Positions 46,238 through 55,950 of a stretch of 64,000 nt of DNA are shown here, piece by piece. Source of the stretch: Gammaproteobacteria bacterium. GTDB lineage: Bacteria > Pseudomonadota > Gammaproteobacteria > Steroidobacterales > Rariloculaceae. Position 1 is the first letter of the stretch, and the number at the start of each line of letters is the position of its first letter. A program made the position numbers and the translations under genes. A model generated the notes under the pieces. It had not been told where the DNA came from. It saw only the letters and a list, made by a program, of their open reading frames with translations, and searched no databases. The stretch is from contig JBJHBT010000017.1 of NCBI GenBank assembly GCA_050485645.1, positions 2,752 through 66,751 of the forward strand. The letters are read 5' to 3'.

Positions 46238-46876
46238 ATGATGCGCGATTTCAATCGTCTGGATCTGCTTCTGGCGGTCGCCGACGATGCCCTGCGAACG
46301 CTCACAACGCGGCCGCACCCGGCACGACCGGACCCTGCCGTCGGCCATGCCGATGGCGACATGTCCGCGATCGAACGCGATCTCAGCGCCTCGCTGATGC
46401 GTGTCAATCACGCCGGCGAAATTTCCGCCCAGGCGCTGTACACGGGTCAGGCGCTTACCGCCCGGGCAGCCGACACGCGTGCCGTGCTCCAGGCAGCGGC
46501 GCTGGAGGAACGCGACCACCTTGCGTGGTGCGCCCGACGCATCGATGAACTGGGTGGCCGCATCAGTCTGCTGGCGCCGCTCTGGTACACCGGCAGCGTC
46601 ACGCTGGGCGCGCTCGCCGGGCTGGCCGGCGACCGGGCCAGCCTCGGGTTCGTCGCGGAAACCGAGCGGCAGGTCGAAGCGCATCTGCACGACCATCTGG
46701 AAAAACTTCCCGAACAGGATCAGAAAAGCCGGGCCATACTGGAACAGATGGCCGACGATGAGGCCCGACATGGAGCGACGGCACGCCTGGCCGGCGGCGC
46801 CGATCTGCCCGTGCCGGTACGCCTCCTGATGAAGGCAGGCGGCGAAATACTGCGCAAGACCGCGCTGCACCTGTGA
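46238..46876 (+). CDS. coq7: Demethoxyubiquinone hydroxylase (di-iron, Coq7 type)
   Basis: MRVNHAGE..AQALY.GQ, EE.DHL.WC, ETERQVE.HL, DE..H. TATAAT 6 nt upstream of the ATG. Confidence 0.95.
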   Translation: MMRDFNRLDLLLAVADDALRTLTTRPHPARPDPAVGHADGDMSAIERDLSASLMRVNHAGEISAQALYTGQALTARAADTRAVLQAAALEERDHLAWCARRIDELGGRISLLAPLWYTGSVTLGALAGLAGDRASLGFVAETERQVEAHLHDHLEKLPEQDQKSRAILEQMADDEARHGATARLAGGADLPVPVRLLMKAGGEILRKTALHL

Positions 46877-46887
46877 TCTGAATCACA
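46872..46887. promoter_or_regulatory. Perfect CRP box TGTGA-TCTGAA-TCACA upstream of crp
   Basis: 10/10 core match; downstream TTGTCT(46906)-N16-TTTAAT(46928) promoter candidate. Confidence 0.8.
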
Positions 46888-46964
46888 ATGCGCCCGTGTT
46901 ATTGCTTGTCTGGGCGTTGCGATTTGATTTAATACAACATTACGTCAAGCGGGAGTGACGAACG

Positions 46965-47648
46965 ATGGACGAAGCCCTGAGACCACTGAGCGATATACCG
47001 GCGATCAATCGATTCCTCAGTTATTGCCGTGTGCGCACGATTGCGGCGAAAACCGTGATGATCCACGCTGGCGACCTGCCCGACGTGCTCTATTTCATTG
47101 TCGACGGCTCGGTCGAAGTCATGATCGAGGACGAGGACGGCAACGAAATGGTGCTGGCCTATCTGAACAAGGGCCAGTTCTTTGGTGAGATGGGGCTGTT
47201 CTACGAGCAGCCCACACGCAGCGCCTGGGTCAGAACACGCACCGAGAGCGAAATTGCGGAAATGACTTACCCGCGCTTCCGCCAGATTGCTTCGGAGAGT
47301 CCCGGTCTGATCTTCGAACTGGCAACCCAGCTGGCCACGCGGCTGAATCGCACCAACCGCAAGCTCGGCGATCTGGCATTCGTCGACGTCACCGGTCGCG
47401 TGGCGCACGCGATCATGGATCTGTGCAAGGAACCGGACGCGATGACGCATCCGGAAGGCATGCAGATCAAGGTGTCACGGCAGGAGCTGTCACGTCTCGT
47501 CGGCTGTTCGCGGGAAATGGCGGGTCGGGTGCTGAAGGTGCTTGAGGATCAGGGCCTGGTGCGGGCCAACGGCAAGACCATCGTCGTGTTCAATGCCCGC
47601 CGCGACCCTCCGAAAGCACGCCGGGAAGGGCTGCGCCGCCAGGCGTAA
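46965..47648 (+). CDS. crp: cAMP receptor protein (Crp/Vfr/Clp)
   Basis: cNMP domain (GQFFGEMGL, RSAWVRTRT), LAFVDVTGRVA, HTH RQEL.RLVGCSREM.GRVLK. Confidence 0.95.
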   Translation: MDEALRPLSDIPAINRFLSYCRVRTIAAKTVMIHAGDLPDVLYFIVDGSVEVMIEDEDGNEMVLAYLNKGQFFGEMGLFYEQPTRSAWVRTRTESEIAEMTYPRFRQIASESPGLIFELATQLATRLNRTNRKLGDLAFVDVTGRVAHAIMDLCKEPDAMTHPEGMQIKVSRQELSRLVGCSREMAGRVLKVLEDQGLVRANGKTIVVFNARRDPPKARREGLRRQA

Positions 47649-47688
47649 CGTTGGCGGGCATCCGCCACGCTGACGCCCGCGGTCACCT

Positions 47689-48477
47689 TCACCTGGACGC
47701 CCGGTGCGCCTTGATGCGTTCGTAGGCAGCGCGGATTTCGTGCGTCTTCTGCTCGGCCACCCCCGCCATGGAGTCGGGCAGTCCACGGGCCACCAGCTTG
47801 TCGGGGTGATGCTGGTTCATCAGCCTTCGATAGGCGGTCTTGATCTCCTGATCACTGGCCGCTGACTCCACACCCAGCACCTGATAGGCACGATCCAGGT
47901 CTTCAGCCGTGTTACCCCGCCCGACACCCGAGAACTCCTGCGCTCGCGCAAGCGCCTCGATCTGCGCCAGTTCGACACGACCCACATGCAGTGTCCGTGC
48001 GACTTTCCATAATGCGTCTCGCTTGGCCTTGCCCATGTTGCCGGCGGCTACCAGCGCCTGCATCTGAATCTGCACAAAGGCACGCACCAGATCGGGACGG
48101 TCCTCCAGTTCACGGTGGAACACCGCCAGACGCTGTGCCAGCGGGTACGCGCCGGACTTGCCACGCGTGAAACAGATAATGGCTTCGCGCACTTCCTCCG
48201 GCCCCAGGCGCATTGCGTGCATCACACGGCGCGCAACGCGTATTTCCTCCTCGGAAACGCGTCCATCGCTCTTCGCCAGGTGGCCCATGACTTCGAAGGT
48301 GACATCGGCGTACAGCTTCTGTACCCGGCCAGGCGGCGGGGCGGCCGCGCCGGGCCGCAAGCCGAAACCGCGATCAAACTGATGCCCCAGCACCACACCC
48401 ACCAACGAACCCACCGGGCCGCCTGCCGCGAAGCCGAGCAGCCCCCCGACCGCCTTGCCAAGCCAGCTCATGGCCAT
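47689..48477 (-). CDS. djlA: Co-chaperone DjlA
   Basis: N-terminal TM helix, [12 protein letters not shown] TerB-like segment, J-domain HHPDKL. Confidence 0.95.
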   Translation of the reverse strand: MAMSWLGKAVGGLLGFAAGGPVGSLVGVVLGHQFDRGFGLRPGAAAPPPGRVQKLYADVTFEVMGHLAKSDGRVSEEEIRVARRVMHAMRLGPEEVREAIICFTRGKSGAYPLAQRLAVFHRELEDRPDLVRAFVQIQMQALVAAGNMGKAKRDALWKVARTLHVGRVELAQIEALARAQEFSGVGRGNTAEDLDRAYQVLGVESAASDQEIKTAYRRLMNQHHPDKLVARGLPDSMAGVAEQKTHEIRAAYERIKAHRASR

Positions 48478-48588
48478 GCTAAGCTCCGCGCCGTATCGGG
48501 TTCACGCTGGCAAGTTGCCCTGTCGCCAGCCCAGAAGTCATTATCCCGCCTTCACGTACATAGACATTCACGTATAGACCTTCACGCA

Positions 48589-49497
48589 ATGACTCAGCCT
48601 CCGACAAGGCTCACAGAAACGCCTGTTTTTGAAACCAGCCTGCACAGTCTGCAAAGAATCGCCCGCGGGAAGGTGCGCGACATCTATCACGTGGATGAGC
48701 GCCATCTGCTCATTATCGCGACCGATCGTATATCAGCGTTCGACGTGGTGCTACCGGACCCGGTGCCCGGCAAAGGCAAGGTACTGACAGCGATCTCGAA
48801 ATTCTGGTTCGATCGACTCGCGCACATCATTCCCAACCACCTTACCGACATCACACCGGAAGACGTGCTCAGCGACGCGCGCGACCACGCAGTGGTACGC
48901 GATCGCGCGGTAGTGGTGCGCCGACTGCAGCCGCTGCCGATAGAAGCCGTGGTGCGAGGCTATCTGATCGGTTCCGGCTGGAAGGATTACTGCGGCTCTG
49001 GCCGGGTGTCTGGCGTGCCATTGCCACCGGGCATAGAGCTTGCCGAGCAGCTGCGTGAACCGATCTTCACGCCGAGCACCAAGGCGCCGCCGGGCGGGCA
49101 TGACGAAAACATCACGATGGCCGATGTGAAGACTTGCATAGGCAGGGAACTCGCGGACCGCGTCGAGCAGGTATCGCTGCAGATCTACCGGGAGGCCAAC
49201 GACTATGCGCGCGGACGCGGCATCATCATAGCCGACACCAAGTTCGAGTTCGGCACCGATGATGGTGAACTGAAACTGATCGACGAACTGCTGACGCCGG
49301 ATTCATCGCGCTTCTGGCCGGCTGACAGTTACGAGCCCGGCGCCTCGCCAAAAAGCTTCGACAAACAGTACGTGCGGGACTATCTGGAAACCCTGGACTG
49401 GAACAAGTCAGCTCCGGGACCACGACTGCCGGAAGTCGTCATCGAGCGCACGCAGGAAAAGTATCTCGAGGCACTGCGCCGGCTGACGGCGGTATAG
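48589..49497 (+). CDS. purC: SAICAR synthase
   Basis: [56 protein letters not shown]. Confidence 0.97.
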   Translation: MTQPPTRLTETPVFETSLHSLQRIARGKVRDIYHVDERHLLIIATDRISAFDVVLPDPVPGKGKVLTAISKFWFDRLAHIIPNHLTDITPEDVLSDARDHAVVRDRAVVVRRLQPLPIEAVVRGYLIGSGWKDYCGSGRVSGVPLPPGIELAEQLREPIFTPSTKAPPGGHDENITMADVKTCIGRELADRVEQVSLQIYREANDYARGRGIIIADTKFEFGTDDGELKLIDELLTPDSSRFWPADSYEPGASPKSFDKQYVRDYLETLDWNKSAPGPRLPEVVIERTQEKYLEALRRLTAV

Positions 49498-49526
49498 CAG
49501 CGGCGGTCGAACCGTCGCGACAGAGG

Positions 49527-50843
49527 ATGGAACGACTGCGCCGAAAATTCCTGCGATGGCTGTGGCGCTCCGAGCCCCGCAACCGGTTCGAGCAGGTTGC
49601 CACCATCGCAACCCGACTTGCCTTCGCCCTGCTGCGCGATCTCAGGCACGGAGAGCTCAGCCTGCGCGCCATGAGTCTGGTCTACACGACCATGCTCGCC
49701 ATCGTGCCACTGCTGTTTTTCAGTTTCTCGGTGCTGAGGAGCCTGGGCTTTCATCGCCAGCTCGAACCCATGCTGCTGAATTTTCTCGCGCCGCTGGGGC
49801 CGCGCGCGGAGGAGCTGAACGACACGGTCATGAGTTTCGTGGACAACGTCAGCGGCACCGCCCTGGCCAGTGTCAGTCTGGCACTGCTGCTGTACACCGC
49901 GCTGTCCATGGCACAGAAAGTCGAGGAGAGTCTGAACTTCGTCTGGCGAGTGGACCGGCCGCGCAGCTTCGCGCGACGCTTCAGCGAATACCTCACGGTG
50001 ATGATCGCCGGGCCGCTGCTGATGAGCGTGGCGATGGGCATCACGGCGGCGGTCTCCAGCACAGCGCTGATGGAAGCGCTGCGCGCCAGCGAGCCGTTCG
50101 GCAGCTGGCTGGCAGCGCTGACCGCAGTCGTACCCTACACACTGGTGGTGATGGCGTTCGCGTTCCTCTACAAGCTGGTGCCCAACACCCATGTGCGCCT
50201 GCCCGCGGCGCTGGCCGGCGGTCTGCTCGCGGGCATTCTGTGGGCTGGTGGCGGACGCCTGTTTGCGCAGTTCGTCGTCACGGCGACGCGCACCGAAGTC
50301 ATCTATTCGGGTTTCGCGATTGTGATCGTGGCCATGCTGTGGCTGTACCTGTCATGGCTGATTCTTCTGACCGGCGCTCAGCTCGCGTTCTATGTGCAGA
50401 ATCCCGACTACCTGCGTTTCGGACAGCGCACGCCACGGGCATCCAATACGTTGCGTGAACGTCTGGCATTGAACACCATGCTCCTTGTCGCGCAGGACTT
50501 CGGCGCAGCCGGGCGCGGCTGGCGCGATGAGAGTCTGGCGCCGAGGCTGGGTGTGCCGCGCCACATACTGGAACCGGTTACCGCCGCGCTGACATCACGT
50601 GGACTGCTGGTCGCCTCCCGCGAAGGGCAGTGGCTGCCCGGCAGGGATCTGCGCCACATCACCCTGCTGGACGTACTCGCGGCGGTGCGCAGCACGGCGC
50701 TCGACGGCGCCTCTTACCGCGGCCGACACTGGAGCCCGCTTGTCGTGCAACTGGGCGAGCGCATCGATCAGGCGATCGCCACCGAGCTCGGGGAAAAGAC
50801 AATCGCCGATCTCGTCGACGAGGCTACTCGCCCGCAACCGTAA
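49527..50843 (+). CDS. YihY/BrkB-family membrane protein with C-terminal Rrf2-like winged helix
   Basis: AMSLVYTT.LAIVP, LYKLVPNT.V, W.YLSW.ILL.GA; tail ESLA.RLGVP...L...GLL...ITLLDV. Confidence 0.88.
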   Translation: MERLRRKFLRWLWRSEPRNRFEQVATIATRLAFALLRDLRHGELSLRAMSLVYTTMLAIVPLLFFSFSVLRSLGFHRQLEPMLLNFLAPLGPRAEELNDTVMSFVDNVSGTALASVSLALLLYTALSMAQKVEESLNFVWRVDRPRSFARRFSEYLTVMIAGPLLMSVAMGITAAVSSTALMEALRASEPFGSWLAALTAVVPYTLVVMAFAFLYKLVPNTHVRLPAALAGGLLAGILWAGGGRLFAQFVVTATRTEVIYSGFAIVIVAMLWLYLSWLILLTGAQLAFYVQNPDYLRFGQRTPRASNTLRERLALNTMLLVAQDFGAAGRGWRDESLAPRLGVPRHILEPVTAALTSRGLLVASREGQWLPGRDLRHITLLDVLAAVRSTALDGASYRGRHWSPLVVQLGERIDQAIATELGEKTIADLVDEATRPQP

Positions 50844-52155
50844 GGCCGTCGACCAGCACCGAACCGCAGCGAATCGCGCCGCGCGTGTCGCGGTCCGATC
50901 CGATAGCGCGGATATTGCGCAGCATCTCGCCGAGGTTGCCCGCGATCGTGACTTCGCTCACCGGATGACGCACCTCGCCCGACTCGACAAGAAACCCCGC
51001 CGCACCGCGCGAATAGTCACCGGTGACGGTGTTCGCACCCTGCCCCAGCAGTTCACCGATCACGAACACTTCGCCACGATCAGCCATCAGCTGAAGCGGG
51101 TCGTCTTCGGTGGCGCTCACCGTGAGGTTGTGGACGCCACCGGCATTGCCGGTGGTTGCCAGACCCAGCCTTCGCGCCGAATAGCTGGACAGCACATAGC
51201 CCTGCAGTACGCCGTTGCTGACCAGGGCGCGCTGCCGTGTACCCACCCCTTCGGCGTCGTAAGGCGCACTGGCCATGGCACGCGCGATGAACGGGTCCTC
51301 ATCGATGTTGACGAAGTCCGGAAGCACCTGCTGACCGGCGGCACCGAGCAGAAACGATGCCTTGCGGTACTGACTGCTACCGCTGATGGCCGCCACCAGA
51401 TGACTGAACAGGCCGCGCGCCTGCTCCGGAGGAAACAGCACCGGCATCACGCGTGTCTTGAGACGGCGGGCGCCAAGTCTGCGCACCGCGCGCCGGCCGG
51501 CCTCCTCGCCGATCTGCTCCGGCGAGGCAAGCCCCCCGGGCCAGCGCGCCACGTCGTACCAGTAGTCGCGCTCCAGTGAACTGCCGTCGCGCGCCACGAC
51601 GCTGACGCTGATCGAGTGGCTGCTGGTGGGATAGCCACCGAGAAACCCGTGCGAGTTTGCGTAGATGCGCAGACTGCTGCCAGTGGAAAGCGACGCACCT
51701 TCGGAATTGTCGATGCGCCCATCCACCGCGCGAGCCGCCGCCTCGGTGCGTCGCGCCAGCTCCGCCGCCTCGTCCACGTCGATCGGCCACGGGTGACAGA
51801 GATCCAGATCCGGCGCGTCGCCGGCCATCAGCCCGGCATCGGCCAGGCCCGCGTGATGATCGGGCGCCGTGAACCTGGCAATGCTCAGCGCCTTGTCCAC
51901 CGCCTCGGCCACCGCCTCGCGCGTAAACCTGGCCGTACTCGCCGACCCCTTGCGATTGCCCTTGTAGACCGTCACAGCAAGGCCCCGGTCGCGCTGGCGC
52001 TCCACGGATTCCAGTTCACCCATGCGTACCGTAACGTTCAGGCCTTCGTCGAAACTGGCTCCGGCCTCCGCCTGATCAGCACCAAGCTTGCGAGCGCGTT
52101 CCACGGCATCGGCCGCGGCCGCTTCCAGTGACTGGCGGACAGCATCAAGATCCAT
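50824..52155 (-). CDS. pmbA: Metalloprotease PmbA/TldE
   Basis: G..V.VR.GELE.VE..RD, NSEGA, PYDAEG, TG.YSRGA.GF, E.TIAGNL. Confidence 0.93.
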   Translation of the reverse strand: MDLDAVRQSLEAAAADAVERARKLGADQAEAGASFDEGLNVTVRMGELESVERQRDRGLAVTVYKGNRKGSASTARFTREAVAEAVDKALSIARFTAPDHHAGLADAGLMAGDAPDLDLCHPWPIDVDEAAELARRTEAAARAVDGRIDNSEGASLSTGSSLRIYANSHGFLGGYPTSSHSISVSVVARDGSSLERDYWYDVARWPGGLASPEQIGEEAGRRAVRRLGARRLKTRVMPVLFPPEQARGLFSHLVAAISGSSQYRKASFLLGAAGQQVLPDFVNIDEDPFIARAMASAPYDAEGVGTRQRALVSNGVLQGYVLSSYSARRLGLATTGNAGGVHNLTVSATEDDPLQLMADRGEVFVIGELLGQGANTVTGDYSRGAAGFLVESGEVRHPVSEVTIAGNLGEMLRNIRAIGSDRDTRGAIRCGSVLVDGLTVAGE

Positions 52156-52212
52156 TGTGAGAAGGTTTCCGGCGAGATGAGAAGGCCATTCTAACTGCTG
52201 TACAATGCATCG

Positions 52213-52728
52213 ATGAAACCGCAGACGGTCAACCCGCTGGTCGGCGTCATCATGGGGTCGGTATCCGACTGGTCTACGATGCGCCACACAGCCGACACTC
52301 TGGAGTCGCTTTCGATACCACACGAAGTCAGGGTGGTGTCCGCCCATCGCACACCCGATCTGCTGTTCGAGTACGCGGCATCGGCACGCGGGCGCGGACT
52401 GATGGTGCTGATCGCCGGTGCCGGCGGCGCAGCGCATCTGCCCGGCATGACCGCGGCTAAGACGGATCTTCCGGTGCTTGGCGTGCCAGTGGAATCGCGC
52501 GCACTCAACGGCCTGGACTCACTGCTCTCCATCGTGCAGATGCCCGGCGGCATCCCGGTGGCCACGCTGGCCATCGGCAAGCCCGGCGCGATCAATGCGG
52601 CGCTGCTGGCCGCGGCGATACTCGCCGGTCACGATTCCGACATCGCCACGGCGCTGGCCGCATTCCGGCGGAATCAGACCGACAATGTGCTGAGCTGTCC
52701 GGATCCGCGCGATGCCGGTGCCGGCTAG
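52213..52728 (+). CDS. purE: N5-CAIR mutase
   Basis: [42 protein letters not shown] 6 nt upstream of the ATG. Confidence 0.98.
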   Translation: MKPQTVNPLVGVIMGSVSDWSTMRHTADTLESLSIPHEVRVVSAHRTPDLLFEYAASARGRGLMVLIAGAGGAAHLPGMTAAKTDLPVLGVPVESRALNGLDSLLSIVQMPGGIPVATLAIGKPGAINAALLAAAILAGHDSDIATALAAFRRNQTDNVLSCPDPRDAGAG

Positions 52729-53854
52729 TCGCACCGACGACGCCGGCGCAACGACATTGAACGCTCCGACCATAGGCATCATCGGTGCCGGACAGCTGGG
52801 CCGCATGATGGCACTGGCCGCCTATCCACTGGGTGCCCGGATCATGTTCCTGGATCAAAGCGGGGATTCCCCCGGCGGACAGGTCGGCCACATCATGACA
52901 GCAAACATCGACGATACCGCGGCGTTGCTCAGGCTCGCCGATGCCGTGGATGTCGTGACCATCGACATCGAGAACGTTCCCGTCGAAGCGCTGGACGCGG
53001 TGGCGCATCACGCCAATCTGTATCCGCCCGCCGCCGCGATCGCAGCGGCACAGGACCGCCTCACCGAAAAGGAACTGTTTGCTTCGCTGGGCATCCCCAC
53101 TGTTCCCTTCGTGGCGATAACCCGTCCCGAAGACCTCGACCGCGCGACAACACTGGGCTGGCCGCTGGTGCTCAAAACACGCCGGCTGGGCTATGACGGA
53201 CGTGGTCAGCATCTGGTTCGCGGCAGATCCGAGCTGGAGAGCGCCTGGCGCGAGCTGCGCAACGTACCGGCAATTGCCGAGGCATGGATCCGGTTCGACC
53301 GCGAAGTGTCGCTGGTCGGCGTGTACGGCGCCGACGGTGAACGGCGCTTCTATCCCCTGGCAGAGAACGTGCACCACCAGGGACAGCTGTACTCGACAGT
53401 TGCGCCCTTCGACGATCCGCAGCTGCAGGCCACGGCCGAGCGCTGGCTCAATGCGGTGGCGGACCGGTTCCGCTACCGCGGCGTGCTGACGGTGGAATTT
53501 TTCCATACCGACGCCGGCCTGCTCGTGAACGAGATGGCGCCACGGGTGCACAACAGCGGTCACTGGACCATCGAGGGTGCCGACACCAGTCAGTTCGAGA
53601 ATCACATTCGTGCCGTGCTGGGCTGGCCGCTGGGCAGTACCGCACCACGCGGGCACGCCGCCATGCTCAACCTGATCGGCAGTCTGCCGCCACCACAGCA
53701 ACTGCTCGCCATGCCCGGACTGCATTTCCACGACTATGGCAAGTCCGCCCGCGCGGCCCGCAAGGTGGGACACTGCACCATCGTCGACAGCGATCGGAGG
53801 CGCCTGCTGCGGCGACTCGGCGAGCTGCGACAGACGATCGGCCCGGCCCAGTGA
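52712..53854 (+). CDS. purK: N5-CAIR synthase
   Basis: [42 protein letters not shown]. Confidence 0.97.
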   Translation: MPVPASRTDDAGATTLNAPTIGIIGAGQLGRMMALAAYPLGARIMFLDQSGDSPGGQVGHIMTANIDDTAALLRLADAVDVVTIDIENVPVEALDAVAHHANLYPPAAAIAAAQDRLTEKELFASLGIPTVPFVAITRPEDLDRATTLGWPLVLKTRRLGYDGRGQHLVRGRSELESAWRELRNVPAIAEAWIRFDREVSLVGVYGADGERRFYPLAENVHHQGQLYSTVAPFDDPQLQATAERWLNAVADRFRYRGVLTVEFFHTDAGLLVNEMAPRVHNSGHWTIEGADTSQFENHIRAVLGWPLGSTAPRGHAAMLNLIGSLPPPQQLLAMPGLHFHDYGKSARAARKVGHCTIVDSDRRRLLRRLGELRQTIGPAQ

Positions 53855-53925
53855 TGCCGTTCCTCGTATCGCCGGTACGTTTGTATTAGGCTTCGGAGGC
53901 CTGACACGGAGCTTTCTGTTAGCCG

Positions 53926-55350
53926 ATGTATTGCCAGCTGTTCAAGCTACGCGAGCCGCCGTTCCGACTGACGCCGGATCCGCAGTTCCTTTTCGCGAGC
54001 AAGCAGCATGCCCGCGCGAAAGCCTATATGGAATCCACCATATGGCTGGCGGACGGGTTCGTGGTGGTGACCGGTGAGATCGGCTCCGGAAAGACCACGC
54101 TGATCGAGAGTTTTCTCGACGAGCTTCCCGACGACGTCGTCCTGGCGCATATCAGCCAGACCCAGCTGTCCCCGGTGGAGTTTCTCCAGGCGTTGCTGGT
54201 GGAGTTCGGCTACAAGCCGTTCCACGAACGCAAGATCGAGCTGCTGTCCATGCTGCGCGACTTCCTGGTGGAGCAGTACGCGAACAGGAAGAAGGTTCTG
54301 CTGATCATCGATGAGGCACAGAACCTCTCCCGCAAGGTGCTCGAGGAAGTGCGGATGCTGTCGGGCATCGAAGCGCAGAAGGAAAAGCTCCTGCGCATCA
54401 TTCTCGCCGGCCAGCCGGAGCTTTCCGACAAGCTGGATTCTCCCCGCCTGGAGCAGCTGGCCCAGCGCGTACGCCTGCGCTTTCACCTGAGCACGCTATC
54501 GAAGCGTGAAACCCGCGAGTACATCCGCCACCGCCTTGAAGTCGCCGGTGCGGAGGGACGAAGCATCTTCGACGACGACGCCATCGACATGGTGTTCCGC
54601 TATACCGGCGGCGTGCCCAGGCTCACGAACATTCTCTGTGACACGGCCATGCTGTGCGCATTCGCGGAAGGTCAGGACACCGTCAATGAGGGGCTGATAC
54701 AGTCCGCCGTCGACGAACTCCAGTGGGTGGAGTACACCGAAAGACGTCGCGAAAAGGAACCGCAACTCGAATCCACCGGCCAGTACGAACAGAGCGGCAC
54801 GCTTTCCGCCGGTCGGTTCGAGGTCATGTTCGGTGATCAGTTCGTTACCGAATTCATCGTGCCTTTCGGTCGCAGTGTACTCGGGCGCACTTCCGAGAAT
54901 GACTTCCAGATCCGCAGCAAGTTCGTATCACGACACCACGCGCAGATTACGGCGGAACGTGACAGGATTGTGATCAAGGATCTGAACAGCACCAACGGCA
55001 TCGTGGTGCGTCAGCGCCGGGTCAAGAGCCACGTACTCGCGGATGGCGACCTGATACAGCTTGGTGAGCACAGGCTGCTGTTTCGCCGCATGAACCAGAT
55101 GTCCGCGCCGGCGGCCGACTGGAGCGAGGATGAAGAGCAGGACGAACATTGCGCCACCTATGTTCACGCCGACGATGAACACGGTGTCGACACCCCCGCC
55201 GATGCCGATGCCGATGCCGATGCCGATGCCGATGCCGAATCAGCCAGCGGCCACGATACCGGTGAAGTCAACGCGGGAGCAGAAGAAAAAGCCAGGGAGG
55301 AAGAAGCGAATACCGCCTCCGAACGCGTACTGGAAAAGCAGGCCCGGTAG
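53926..55350 (+). CDS. ExeA/GspA-like AAA ATPase fused to a C-terminal FHA domain and acidic tail
   Basis: PF.LTPDP.FLF, GEIGSGKT, IIDEAQ, GQPEL, GG.PRL.N; FHA motifs LGR...VSRHHA...STNG. Confidence 0.88.
   Translation: MYCQLFKLREPPFRLTPDPQFLFASKQHARAKAYMESTIWLADGFVVVTGEIGSGKTTLIESFLDELPDDVVLAHISQTQLSPVEFLQALLVEFGYKPFHERKIELLSMLRDFLVEQYANRKKVLLIIDEAQNLSRKVLEEVRMLSGIEAQKEKLLRIILAGQPELSDKLDSPRLEQLAQRVRLRFHLSTLSKRETREYIRHRLEVAGAEGRSIFDDDAIDMVFRYTGGVPRLTNILCDTAMLCAFAEGQDTVNEGLIQSAVDELQWVEYTERRREKEPQLESTGQYEQSGTLSAGRFEVMFGDQFVTEFIVPFGRSVLGRTSENDFQIRSKFVSRHHAQITAERDRIVIKDLNSTNGIVVRQRRVKSHVLADGDLIQLGEHRLLFRRMNQMSAPAADWSEDEEQDEHCATYVHADDEHGVDTPADADADADADADAESASGHDTGEVNAGAEEKAREEEANTASERVLEKQAR
55198..55233 (+). 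repeat. (GCCGAT)6 in-frame microsatellite encoding (AD)6
   Basis: Six perfect copies followed by GCCGAA. Confidence 0.95.
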
Positions 55351-55368
55351 CCTGAGTCCGACAGGCCG

Positions 55369-55647
55369 CTAGCGTCGACGCACATCCTGTCGCGACGGCG
55401 TCGCACCGCCCGACTGCCGACCCGAAGCCTCGGCGACGGGCCGTCCTGACGCCTCGTGTCGCGCCCTGAGCATGTGTTTCAGGAGTGAGGGCTCCCAGGC
55501 ATCGATAGCCAGCCGCGCACGGTCCTCGTGGCTCAGCCCTCTGATCAGCGTGTCATCGCCGGGGGCCTTTCCGCCCGACGCCCTGGCATCACCAGCCTGT
55601 CTGCCGGAACTCCCGGTCTGTCTGCGGAGATTCGATGCGGATTTCAT
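55369..55647 (-). CDS. Possible 92-aa orphan protein
   Basis: Open frame filling the gap; central DTLIRGLSHEDRARLAIDAWEPSLLKHML looks helical. No SD and several AGA/AGG codons. Confidence 0.35.
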   Translation of the reverse strand: MKSASNLRRQTGSSGRQAGDARASGGKAPGDDTLIRGLSHEDRARLAIDAWEPSLLKHMLRARHEASGRPVAEASGRQSGGATPSRQDVRRR

Positions 55648-55699
55648 CAGGTGACTGGCTGCTGGCGGTATCAGACCGGGTAGTGCGTGGCTCGCGCTG

Positions 55700-55873
55700 C
55701 TAGTTGCGACGGCGGCCAAGCAGCATGCCGAGCAGCCGTACAAAGGGATTCTGCTCCAACCCGTCGACGCTCAGATCCGGGTCGTTGTCGGCCTGGCTGG
55801 CGAGCCACTGCTCGTCGGCACCCGACAGCGGCGGGCGAAACTCCAGGTCCGTCATCGTGTCGTCATATCGCAT
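55700..55873 (-). CDS. Unannotated 57-aa protein MRYDDTMTDLEFRPPLSGADEQWLASQADNDPDLSVDGLEQNPFVRLLGMLLGRRRN
   Basis: Manually translated (below the ORF-track cutoff); GC3-rich codons; sits behind a class II CRP promoter. Confidence 0.65.
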   Translation of the reverse strand: MRYDDTMTDLEFRPPLSGADEQWLASQADNDPDLSVDGLEQNPFVRLLGMLLGRRRN

Positions 55874-55907
55874 CGCATGCCTGCCGTGAACCAGTGGGTG
55901 TCTGTGA

Positions 55908-55950
55908 AAGGTAGGCTCATGGCCGGATCAATGCAGTGAACCACATCACA
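55908..55950 (-). promoter_or_regulatory. Class II CRP-dependent promoter (box TGTGA-TGTGGT-TCACT plus -10 TACCTT)
   Basis: The box at 55935-55950 (9/10) is centred at -41.5 when TACCTT (55913-55908) is taken as -12..-7, which puts the start site at about 55901. Confidence 0.65.

Noticed and set aside
36558-46876. Ubiquinone hydroxylase set UbiH + UbiI-like + Coq7
   Set aside because: Coq7 replacing UbiF is an established combination in Pseudomonas- and Xanthomonas-like bacteria; not novel.
41214-52437. N-terminal extensions in the ORF track (for example ygfB 41214, EVE 42386, coq7 45791, DUF481 46870, purC 48115, pmbA 52437)
   Set aside because: They overlap neighbouring genes or promoters. 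Family N-termini, SD or -10 elements support the downstream starts used above.
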